From the NCBI GenBank assembly GCA_034226945.1, contig CP120456.1, positions 1,116,001 through 1,180,000 on the forward strand: a DNA stretch of 64,000 nucleotides, in the 5' to 3' direction. The stretch is from Picochlorum sp. SENEW3 (Eukaryota). This document shows positions 34,795-46,922 of the stretch, piece by piece. The notes below the pieces were generated by a model. The model ran no database searches. It was given only the letters and a program-made list of their open reading frames with translations, and had not been told where the DNA came from. Position 1 is the first letter of the stretch. Every line of letters begins with the position of its first letter. The position numbers were made by a program, and so were the translations under genes.

Positions 34795-37700
34795 AAATTG
34801 CCCCATAAAGATGCTGCACCCGTGCAGAAAGAATACATGAAAAGGATTAAAACCGCAGCAAAATGCCACCCACTTGCAATGAAGGAGGCGAGGAACGCAT
34901 TCGAGGCTTTCCTCTCCTCATTCCAGGGTGGTGTTTGGCTCTCGGAGGAAACCCAAGGGTCTCTGCCGGACACTGACAGACATCGGATGATACTCGAGCA
35001 GTATCCACATATTAAACGCCAACTGGGGAAAGTCTGGACTCAGGCCTCGAACCAAGCAATTGAAGCACTGAAGCTGGCTTTACATCAAGCCGAGGAACAG
35101 GGCATTGACCGACACATCAAAGATTGCAAACGACAGCTGCAGCAAGGGCAACAGGCAAATCGATCGGATTCACACACGTGTATTCCAAATGACGCAATGG
35201 ATCAACTCTCTTATCAGCTGCTGATGAGACCCAAGGGGAGCAACTGCATTGGAAGCTTGACTGACCCAAAGTCACAGTATACTTATACCAGTCCCAAAGG
35301 CATCGCAAATTGCCTTGCCAACACGATTGCAGAGGTATCAAAGCCTCCGCAAACAAATCAGGAAGCCCAGCAGGAACTGATCGATTTGATTGCGGAGGAA
35401 GATCGCACTGTCTTCCCGACCTTTTGTAACCCCTCAGAGACAATCAGCTCACAGGAAGTCGCCAAAGCCATCAGGAAAATCCGCAACTCCTGTCCTGGAG
35501 ATGATGGGTTGCAGATTATCCACTACAGAAAGTTTAGCAAATGGATGTGTCCGATCTTGGCCACACTATTTTCCGCCATCATCGCAAGGAACGAGATGCC
35601 AGCCAAATTTCATCATGGCACGATCAGAGCCATTGAAAAGGGAGGAACCCTGACAGATCCCACCAATTATAGACTCATCACCCTACTCAATGTGGACTAC
35701 AGAATCTTCGGGTTTATCCTGAAGGAGAGAATGACTTTGAGCCTCCAGAACTTGATTCCAGCAACGCAGACAGCCTTCCTGCCTGGAAGACAGTCAGCAG
35801 AAAACATATGGGCAGTACAGACCATCCCCCTACTCCTACACAGAGACAACAGAGAAGCATTGATCGCCCTATGCGACTTTCGCAAAGCCTATGACACGAT
35901 TGATAGAAGCTTTCTGTTTCAGATATGCCATACACTCCAGATGCCAGACTACCTGGTGAGATGGATTCAACTCATGCTCCAGGAGACAACCAGTAAGGTA
36001 TATGCAAACCATTGCTTTTCAGACTACAGACAATTTCATGCAGGGCTGAGACAGGGATGCCCAGCGTCCCCACTACTCTACCTGTTAATTGGATTTATGC
36101 TAGCTCGCCTGGTACAACACTCAGAACTGGGCATAACAATACCATGTCCACTCCAGACAGACCCAACACAGTCAGATACAGCCTTGAAGCTATGCCTTTT
36201 CCAGTTTGCTGACGACAGCAAACTCATTCTCGAAGAAGATCAGATCCCGAGGTTTAAACAGATTATGGCGCTGTTCGCTGAGGCAACAGGGCAGCACTTG
36301 AACAAGGAGAAGACCAAACTCTTGCCCATAGGCGCCCTCAAGACCCTGCATCACAAGCAACAGATCGATGACTTCAAGGTCACAACAGAAGCAAAAATCC
36401 TAGGTGTGACACTACACTGCGGAATTGACGCTCCGACATACCATTGGCAAAGCAAAATGTCCCAACTCCAGCAGCTCACGGATAAAATCAAGCGTATGAC
36501 AGGACTGTCCATCTTTGCAAAATTTGACCTCTTCAACAAATTTGTCACCTCCAAAGTACTCTATGCTGCAGAATTTATCTATACACCGCCATCCATAGTC
36601 GATGGCATCCATAAGATGGCAAGGAAGCTTTTACCACCAGATGCACCATGCTGGAAAAACGAAGCAATACAGTCTAGAGCCGATCTTGGCGGCCTGGGCA
36701 TGCTCCCCTTTCGGGAACATATCAAGGCCCGTCAATATAAATGGCTCATCAGCTTCTCGTGTTAGGCACCACCACCGTCTGGTCCACGCTGGTATGGAAT
36801 GCCACAGCACACTACAGAAGAACCAACAGGCCAACAAAGATCATGGCTCTCAGGCTCCTCACCCAGCCGTGTGAGTTACCGGGAGTCCACCCGGCTCTCA
36901 TGGAATACAGCGAGGACAACGAGATCTCATTGCACTCGCTGATCAACTCAGTATTCAGGAATCCAACAGAAGAAAGACAGTGGAACTACTGCTGGCATCG
37001 CTACAAAGGAAACCAGTTGCCACTCCACAAGTATACGGTGAAAGATGGCACTCGCCTGATCACCATCAACTCGCCAGACCCAGTCAAATGGCAGCAAGCG
37101 ACCAACAATCAGATTGCTTGGATACACACTGTGAGCGAGATACGGCCCAGGTTCGGTAAGATGCTAGGAAACATCAGAAAATGGTGGAGAGCACGGGTGC
37201 CCAACCCGTGGAAGGAGATCATATGGCATATAAACTCAGGAGGGCTCCTCGTGAGTCATCTCCCAGCGGAGAGGCGCAAGGACTGTGCATGTGGACATTC
37301 GAAGGCATCAATGGACCATTATGCCCGAGAATGCCCTATTGCCAAACATGTCTACAGCCTCCTCAAACCAGAAAGCATGCTTGCTGGAACAAACAGCCAT
37401 TTCCAACTCCTCCTTCACAACATATGGAGCAACACATCTCCAAAGGATGTGGACGATGCCATATGGACTGAGATTAGTATTATTACCATCAATGCTTTGG
37501 ATGTAGGCCGTAAAACAGCCTACAGACTCCTCCACCACTCCACCACAGCACACCCACCACAGCCACAGGATATCATTAGAAAAGCCAGCCACACAGCAGA
37601 GCAGTACTTTTGGGAGCTGCTGAAACAACGAAAGCCAAGCTTCCCTCCACCATCGCCAACAATGAAAGAGTTGCCATTCCTGAAATGGCAACCTGCTAAC

Positions 37701-38141
37701 AATCGCTGGGTGTTACAGAAACCCCTGATATGGACCCTGACTAGAAACAGATCAGTGACACTCGTGCAGTGAACAAGGAAGCGCTTGCCACTTCCAGGAC
37801 AAACATCAGCATTCCAAGAGAGACTATAGTCAGATTTGCCTGAAGTATGACGGCCCAACTGCTCCTGTACGGTTTAGTGGTACCCATGGTAAAAATTTCA
37901 CAACCTGGAGCAGTCGTCATATGGAAGGTCGAGGAAATCTGTTTCATTCACTATGCTACACTCGCTCAAACAAAACACTACAGAGGAGTATGTCCAATGG
38001 ACAATGTACAGGTCAGGAGGTTTTGTATCCCTTTATAAATTCCTCAACATTTTATTTAGGGATTTCCTCCTGTGGGGCTTGTATGATTTGGAAGATATTC
38101 GTCATATTTCTCGACTGTGTAATAATCCCCTATAAAAAAAA
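34795..38141 (+). mobile_element. LINE-A 3' part: RT domain, C-terminal Cys motif, 3' UTR and poly(A)
   Basis: Motifs NYRLITLLNVDY, QTAFLPGR, DFRKAYD, GLRQGCPASP and FADD. Frameshift at ~36760. Ends in CCCCTATAAAAAAAA. Confidence 0.92.
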
Positions 38142-41100
38142 CAAAGGCAGTGGCAAATAAATCTACGCTATTGATTCAACTCGAGATACGACTCCACCTG
38201 TTATCAACCCACTAATACATGGAGGAGACCAGTGTCAGAGTAACTCTAGCAGGTAAAACTGTCATAAACGACCTTGATCCAGAGTACCATAAAAACACAA
38301 GTTTCCAGCGAGAAGTAGCCAATAATAAAAACTGAGGTCTGTGGCAACCGAAATAGGGGAAAAGAAGCTAGTGCAAGAGGTGAGAAGACCTACAGGAGGC
38401 ACAAACTACCTGGCAAGTTCCCAGCGGTGCTCAGCATCTCGCCAACGAATGATAGGGAGACATGTCTGAGCTACCAACCCGGGAGAAAGGCTATCTTTAT
38501 AAGCATCTAATACCTCATTGAATGTGCTGATGAGGGTGCCAATAAACTGGGCAGATGTAGCGTCTGCCAAGGCCTTGAAGATCTGTCTTCGAATATCATC
38601 CAAGCTATAACTGCACGCCACCACGATGAGACCCCAAGTGTCCGAGGGGTATGGAAGATGTGATGGAGGCTGATTGGTCCAAATGGAGTGCAACATCTGG
38701 GTGACTGGAATGCCAAGACCTGTGGCAAGGTGCTGATATAGGCTACAAGCAATCCTGCATTATGTGGTATGAAAATGGTTTCTACCTGGTGTGGCATTTG
38801 AGTGGCCACAAACACATGCTTTTTCTTTCTGCGTCTTCTGAGCATTCACCTGAGTATCCATGAGGATCTCCCAGAAAGGGAGTTTATAGATAGATGGGAG
38901 CTGAAGCTGTTGCAAAGGCTTGAAGATTCTGTGGAGTGGTCTAGGCACACTCTCTATGATCTCAAGCCAGCTCCGGAGGCGTCTGCGTCGGTGCTGTCTA
39001 TCTACTCGTGTGAACAAGCTAGTTCCTTGCTTCACTGTATATGTATCTAACGTCATAGTGCATTTAGGGTGTATCTGCCATCCTAGTTCGCCTTGAAGGC
39101 CATTCATGACATATGTTCCTGTCTCCTGATTCTGGAGAATGGCCCTCTGAAGATCTGCGAGATGGTATGCATATATGCTAGATGTAAATAATAGGGTAGG
39201 TGGCTCGTACCGTAAATAAGCAGGCTCATGAAGGGAAACTGTGGGCGGTAGCTCAAAATTGGGAACAGCCGGGATGCCTCTCTGTAGAAGGTGGATGGGC
39301 AAACAGGCAGGTATGTCTGTATGCGGACCATCCTGCATCTTCAAAAAGATATTCCACGCTAATTGAACCCATGCTTTGTCGGCGCCAGCTGTGAATAAAA
39401 GAGTATACCACTTCAAATCACGCGCAGTGAGGTGGGCCTGAAGGGGTAAACAGCCAAGGCCTCCTTCTTTTGGATTGGCTGTAAAAGCTGTGCTTCTCCA
39501 AAAGTTGCTCTGGAGGAGTTGGCGTATGGCTGTCCAGACTTCCTTTACTTGTGCTTGAGTGGGCTTCACAACTTCTGCATAGTCTAAATCTTTAGGAAGC
39601 TGGTATGTCGAGACAATTCTAAATTTGCTAAATGGTGATAAATGTCTTGCTTTGACTTTTCGAATGGCTGTTTTCAGTTTGGCGACTCGAGTGTCCCAGT
39701 CTATGGCAAAGGCGCCTGTATGTGCCTGGACCTGGAAACCTAGGATTGTTGCTTCACTCACCACCTGGAGCCCTGCGATTGTCCGGGGGTGCTCTGCCGG
39801 CTGTCCAATGGGGAGGAGCAATGTTTTGGTCATATTCAGGACCTGTCCAGTGCCTCGTCCAAATCGATGCATGATGTTGATGAATCTCGAGACATCCGCG
39901 TAACTACTTAATGGTACCGTGTTGTCATCTGCATATTGTAATGTAGGAATATAGAGCTCGTGAGGGCAGTGCTGCAGTCCTCCGTGAAGATAGTGTTGCA
40001 TCTTGTGTGTCAGTGGCAGTCTGATGCCAATTCTGTGTGTTTCTAGCCATCTGGCGAGGATATGACCGATCAACAGGTATAAATATGGAGAGACAGGATC
40101 GCCCTGGCGTACGCCTGCTTCAAATTTTCTGCGTTTGGAAAATGCTCCATTATAGTAGACCTGACTATACGTATTCTCCAGCAAGACTGCGATCCAGTGT
40201 TGGAGTGAGGCATCTGCAAGCATTGGCAAATTTTCATGAGAAATCGTCGATCAATCTTATCATATGCTTTGGAAAAGTCGCAAACCGCTAGGAAGGCTGA
40301 TTTCTGCTCAAGTTGCAAGTGCTGTGGAATGAGTTGGAGAGGCCACACTTTGTCCATAGGGCTCCGTCCTGGCAGAAAGGCTGTCTGTGTGGGGCTGATC
40401 AACCGCTGCAGCGGTCCTTTCAATTTCGCAAGAAGTATCTGAGTAAAAATTCGATAATCTGTGTTGAGTAGGGTGATGGGTCTGTAATTGATGGCCTGAT
40501 ACCTGGGTCCTTTTTTGTAAATAGGGATAATGAGACCCTCCAGAAAGGACTGAGGCATGTCGTGCAAGAGACCAGTGAAGACTTTGGCCAATATCGAGGC
40601 CAAGGAATCCTTCAAGAGCCGATACGTGACAATCTTAATGCCATCTAGGCCTGCTGCCGTGGGCTTCATTCGTTTGATGGCATTCCTGACATCTTGTTCT
40701 GTGATCATGTCGGGGAAATCCTGTGCTGGAAAAACTGTTCGATCTGTTGGCGTGAGGGAGTGTAGGATTTCCTCCTGAATCTCTTCTGATAATATGTCCT
40801 GTTGTGATATGTCGGCATCGTGGTCAATGAGGATATTTGCACAGGCCGTCGAGTCCCCTTGTAACTGCTGGTGGCGATCTTGAAGTCTGTAATCGGTGGT
40901 GGAATATCTGTATGGGGTCAACGGCATGGCATGACTTTCTGTGTCTGCATCCCATTGTTGTTCAGCATTCGGCTGGTGATCTACATGAGCGTAGCGATGT
41001 TGGAGCTGATGACTGGTGAAAGAGCTCATGGCTGCTTCTTGCGCTCGAAGTTGTCTGACAGCCTCCAGTTCTTTACCTCGAAATTTCCGTTGTGCACTGG

Positions 41101-43200
41101 ACGACAGGCGTGCAATGGTGCCTTTGATGTCAGGCCATGTCTTATAACTGATGGTATCTTGTGTGGCAAGGGTACTAAAACGCTGAGAACATTCATCACG
41201 GAAATTTTGCAAGATGCTGGCATCATTTCTGAATTGAGTTGGGATGCGTCTTCTGTAGGCCTTCTGCTTCGGGATTGTTATCGGAGTCTGGCGCCTGAGC
41301 GACACGATAACCGCCGCGTGATCTGTGTGGACCACCGAAGATTCAATTGACTGCACTGTGATGGATTTCAGAAGTGGTTCCAATTGCTTTGAACCATAGA
41401 ATCTGTCTAATCTGCTCTTGGTGACACAACGTGGATCTTGCTGTGTCACGTGTTCATGTATGTAGGCAGCCCTGTCCCTGAGGGTGTTACCGCCAAACTC
41501 GCATATATCTGTGCTGTCAAACGCAGTGGCCCATAGTTTCGCTGTGCGTCTGTATGGATGTGCTCTGTGGAGGGTGGTCGTTGTGTCACGCTGATGTGAG
41601 ACAAAATTATAGTCACCACCCCAGAGAACCTGTTGGCTGTTCTCCAGTTGTTGTTTCAGGATGCGGATGCATGGCTGTATATCCGAATCTCGTGCTGAGC
41701 CTGTATTAGGAAAATATACCGAGATAATACGCACGTCTAATCCAGGTCCTTTGAAACGGCCAGTCAGTATCCTGCTTGGGAGATCGTGCATGATGGGGCT
41801 AAATGTATGAGACTGCTCTAGTAGTCGTCTCCTGACTAAAATGGCCACTCCTTGCCGAGGTCTTGCCTTATTGGTTGTCTGGCTTAATGCACTGCCCCAG
41901 TAACATTGCCAAGGGTGGAGGGATCGTTCAATCTGACGTATGCGATGATCATCTGTGAGCAGATGGGTCTCCTGCAATAGTACGATATCAATATGTAATC
42001 TTTCCAGTTCCACATGTAAATCTAATGCTTTGTCAACGTTGAGACCATTAACGGCGAGGCTATAGATTCTGAGTGTCTGTGGCGTCATCTTGATGGTATA
42101 TATATATTGATGTATGCCTGGGGCATGGGTCAAAGATCATCCATGATCTCAGGATTTTGCTCCAGACAATCTGCAATTTCTTGGAGCTCCTGTGCATGGA
42201 TAGCATCCTCCTGAAGCAGCGACGGTTCTGGTGGCTGTATAGGGATGGGTGCTGTCTGCGGTAAAGAGTTTCTTTGTATCTCTGGGCTTGGTCTCCGTCT
42301 GTCCATACCTCGTTGTGAGGCGTTCGAGAACAACACAGTGCGAGAACGCTTCGTAGGAGTACTCGGGTACATCGCCTGGTTGGTCATTAGAGCCTCCCGA
42401 TAGTTTGGCGGGTTCTTGGACTCTGCATAGTCTGCCCTGGCTTCTGCCAGTGCCTGTCGGCCTGAGCGGAAGGGCATCCGTCTGTGTACTGCCGTTATCC
42501 TGTGGAGAGTGAGCTTCAAGGATCTGTCTCCGAACATGAACTCGATCGGTTCAATTTTGGCCAGGTTATCAACTTCCATAGTGGCAATCCATGAGGCTTG
42601 CGTCACCTGTTTGTCACCTCCCCATTGTTCCTTCTTGTGAGCGACTTTGGTGGGATGCAGTCCCGTAGCTTCCAGGGCTGCTTTGGCCATGGAGGGATCC
42701 ACGATAGCCACATCAGCCTGTTGATCCCAAAGATCCATGGAGAAATCCTGTTGCCGTGTGCGATTTGGCCACACGATTTCAACGAGCTGTTCGCTTTCGT
42801 CAACAACCATTGGAATCGTATCCTCGGGAGCAAGAGCGTCGACTGTTTCGAGCATGTCCTCAAAGGAGGAACAAAATACCGTAGTGACCAAAAAAAATAC
42901 GGACCTTGTCCGGTTGGAATCTCTATATCCCGTAATGGATCTCCAAGCAAACTTCATTTGCCGATAACTCGTCATCCAGGGCAAATCTGCACTCGGGGAC
43001 ACCGCCAATCGCTCTATTATCATCTCCTCTTTCATTTCGTGCCCTGCCCCGCCCAAATGACCTCGTGGATGGGGCCATGCCACGCACTCATCATTCCCAG
43101 CATTGACCGCCTCCCATGGAGGCTTGGTGCTGAGCCATCTGGTGGATGATAGGACAGTGTCGCACATTATTATTTTCATTTACATCTATTAAACATATAC
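38142..43200 (-). mobile_element. LINE-B near full length: ORF1 42130-43179, ORF2 APE-RT 38406-42133 with frameshifts at ~40215 and ~38760
   Basis: APE motifs LLQETH, GGDYN, SRLDRF and TDHAAV. RT motifs YRPITLLNTD, DFSKAYD, GVRQGDPVSP and YADD. Confidence 0.92.
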
Positions 43201-43269
43201 ACATACCTGGTACCTGGTTTAAACCAAATTTGGGCGGCAGCAGAAGCCAAGGTTTGTTGAGCATACAGA

Positions 43270-43465
43270 GAAGAGGCCTTATTTAAGACCCCCTGTAGTT
43301 TAGGGATTTCCCATCAAATGGTCCAGGGACCGGGTAGGGTCGGGTAGGGGGCCGGGGGATTAGGGTATTAGGGTTAGAAAACATGTAGATTTTGGACCGT
43401 GTTTGGCCGGTCGGATATTTTAAGCGACCGGTGATTTAGCTCGGGGTCTTGAATAAGACCTCTTC
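43270..43465. repeat. MITE-like unit: 23-bp inverted repeats around G-rich telomere-like motifs
   Basis: GAAGAGGCCTTATTTAAGACCCC / GGGGTCTTGAATAAGACCTCTTC (2 mismatches). Internal TTTAGGG, GGGTAGGG and TTAGGG. Confidence 0.6.
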
Positions 43466-45744
43466 CATACCTCGGCGTTATACGCACTTTTCTCCCTCTA
43501 TAGTGTATTATACTGTATACAATAAATATATTATTAATCCTTGTTGCATTTTACATCGTTTGATATAAGTTTGAGGCAATATGATGCAGTATACGCGGAG
43601 AACGAAGCGAATGTTTCCAGGGCGATTCTGCATCCACGGTCCAGACATGCTTTTGATAGGTGTAGAAGGGAAAAGGAGAATCCGACGGTTGGTTACATGC
43701 GCAGAATCGTCACCACGTCGTCCACAATAATTTATTTTCCTTCATAATTCTCACGTGTAATTTATCACGTATAATAATAACTATAACCAGATGTAGGGCT
43801 GGTAGAACTCCTGCGCGATTCCGCAGAAGTCACCAACGAACATCGGGCGGTTACTCGCACGATGAACGAGTATATCGGTGCGTTGGCATGGTTGGGCAAT
43901 CATTTGTGCTATTTATATTGTTTTAAGGCATTTCTGATGTGCAGAACGGATTCAGAAGAGGGAATGCGAGGGCACCGATGAACCAACCGTCTCTGACGAT
44001 CAGGGTGTACTTTATGACCAGAATTTTCAATGATCTGGCATAGATCACCACATAATCGAATGAGAGCTATTATTTAATCCATTCAGACGCATGTATCTCC
44101 CCCTGAATCATGCCCAGAGAAATTCTGGTTTGAGCAGGGTGGTTCCTCCACGAATCAGGTTCACTGCCCTCGTAGGCTTCAGCCTTTTCGGGAATACGCT
44201 TTTGATGTTGATAATATATGCATAAATCATCATTTGAATGGATGATCCTGCTCTCAATACACGGATTGAAGGAGTGCATCATGGCTCTGGGATGGAAGTG
44301 ATGCAATGTCCATTGGAGACGTTCCTGTAGAGCTGGCATTACATGATATTGCTAAATTTTTTGAGTATTCAGCGTCTTTAAGAGCCAATGTCGACGTATG
44401 GGCGAGTCTGTTGCCTGGAGATTTTGTAACACAGTGTGCAACGATTTCCAGAAAGGAATGCATCAAATCAGTGCTGGAATGCAGAGCTCTACCGAACACC
44501 AGGCACGAGAAACTACCACTAATACACCAAAAATAAAAATTCGAGTCAAGAAACAGAAAATGCTGTGTCAAATATAGGTCCTAGAAACTTCATCCAGACG
44601 TCAACTGGAATACAGTTAGAAGAGAGAATTCATGTGATCATGAGTGTGGATTCAGATTAATCATGAGTGTGGATTGTTAGAAAGTTGCATGGAAGAAATC
44701 CCCAGAGTCTTCATGCCGCAAACCATGTCAGAATGATACTTTTGAAGCTATAATCGAATGGACAGGTCTAGATGTCTCGCAGCTTCGGCTGAGTTTGCCT
44801 GAGTTACTCTGATGGCAAAATACTTGCCATTGATGCCAAAACAGCGATTCTTTGGTCATGAAACATACCCATTTGCGCTTCATTTTGACGATAATAAACG
44901 TATGCGAGGATATCAAGTTCATAAGCAAGGCAATGCGGCTGCACAGGAGATTTATGAGCTTCCGCATTCAAATGGACATGCAGCAAGTCAGCATGCATTA
45001 CCAAGGTGCTTCCAGCAATCAAAAATATCTGCGCTGATCACTCTCATATATATATCGAATACATTGCAGGGCGATCGTCGTTTCTGGATCGTGAAACTCG
45101 ACTGTCCTATTTGCTACAAATACTTTGTCAATGGGTTGGTGGGTGCCCAAGCAGATGAATTCATCCTGCAGATTTCGGTCCCACAGCGATCTCAGAAGTA
45201 GCATTATTGCATAGTACAGGATACGATAGAGGCAATTCGAGAAAAGAATGGATCACAATTGTCAATTATTTCTTGGACATGCAACAGGTTAGCCATCATC
45301 TTTTAAATGAGCCTGGATATGAGGACAATTTGAATTAAATCACTCCTAAATGGTGCAACGGTCAAGGGATGTAATAAATCTTCGTATTTTCTTTCCCTAG
45401 AGGACAAATTGGCAACAACATCACTAATTTTGGTGGAGCTATAATACAAGCATTCACACTCTCAATCTTCGGCACAGTTATCTTGCACTATCCCAAGCCA
45501 TTAGAAGTCTGTCCTCTTTACAACTGACTTTGTCCTTTCTTCGACATTTATAAATCGTTCCAGCCCTGTTTGGGCATGAAAAAATGTTCGACACGTCCTC
45601 ACACAATTGGTGACTCCATGAAGAAAGCTGCTTTCTTCATCACTGCATCCTCAGTCGTCCTGCTTGAAGATTATTATAAATGAATATTGAGATCATTGAA
45701 ATGTAATAATAGCGCAAGCGGTATAGAAAAGGCTAAAGATAGCG

Positions 45745-46629
45745 ATGGTTGACTCACAGCAACAACGAAACGAGCCAACATGCAATCAGCTGTTGCTTCT
45801 CCTAGACAACTGGAAAGTGCATACAACCGCAGAGTTTAAAAGCGCAGTGGAAGAGAAATTCAAAGGGAAAGTGAAACTAAGATTCCTGCCTCCAAACATG
45901 ACACACAAGCTTCAGCCTCTTGATGTGTCTATCAATTCAGCTCTCAAGACCAAAACTGAAGCGGTGTACAGCTTTGAATATGGCAAGAAGATTGCAGATT
46001 TGATATCAAAGAGCGCACAGGACGATAGACTGGCTGAACAGATTGTGCAGATCGAAAAGAGCACAAAACCCAAGGTGAAAAGAGAGGATGCCATTGACTG
46101 CACCTATAAAGCATGGCAGCAGATCGAGACAAGTCTAGTCCAGAAAGCTTGGCTCGATTGCACTATATTAGATGCTTGGGATATTGAAGTTCAAGAAGAA
46201 GCCCTGAGATTGTTTGAGAATGGCCTTCTTCTCCCGATGGACCCAGAGACAAACAGAGTCAATGTCTTCCCGGATGCTGTGCCTTGTGAAGCACCACTCC
46301 AAGTGCTTGAGGACAAAGATACAACAAGCGAAAATGAAATCGAATATTCTATACGTGATACAGACGACGAGAGCCACAATGAAGAGCCATCAGAAGGAGA
46401 CCATGCCCATCCAATCATCCCAGGGGAAGGAGGTCTGGAACAAGATCAAGCAATCGATCATAACCACGTCTATCTTTGGACGTCTACAGCATCTAAGGGA
46501 TTTATTTACATCTATTGTAATCTATTGCACATTGTTTCCACCTCAGATCGGCCAGAAATCCAATTTTGGCACTCGAAAACTTTGCAGGACAAGAAAAGGA
46601 GGGAATTTCCTGAAATCACGAAGAGTTAG
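45745..46629 (+). pseudogene. pogo/Tc1-mariner DDE_1-type transposase, C-terminal part
   Basis: Motifs LLLLDNWKVH and FLPPNMTHKLQPLDVSINSALK. No N-terminal HTH or first Asp is visible in frame. Confidence 0.75.
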
Positions 46630-46922
46630 CGGCGGTACAGTATTATTATGATTGTAGTGTGTCGTTAGTTTGTCTTTGTCTTTTCCATTTTCTTATTTCT
46701 TTTCACGGAGCCCTGGGTTGTAAGTAGGAAGGAAGATCACCTACTTAATATATCTAATTAAGACCTGATAATAGATTTAAGTAGAATAATATATGTGGAT
46801 CTTCATGGATACGTTCAGATGATAAGAGATGCTCTAGATCTCTAGGATGGACCCGTGGGAGATCCGAGGGGGTCCATCACATTCCTCCCCCCTCAGCAAA
46901 AACCAAGGGTTTTGCGACAAGA

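Noticed and set aside
36741..36765. Programmed frameshifts in LINE, hAT and chromovirus ORFs (also ~40215, ~48150, ~58004, ~60670, ~61290)
   Set aside because: Each is seen in one copy only and some lie at homopolymers. The LINE-C copy at ~2810 is in frame at the ~58004 site. Decay or sequencing error is more likely.
43300..43380. True telomere array
   Set aside because: Only a few degenerate units, at an internal position.
43500..45700. Short ORFs upstream of the pogo-like fragment
   Set aside because: No long frame or recognisable motif. Probably decayed sequence, and no TIRs could be defined.
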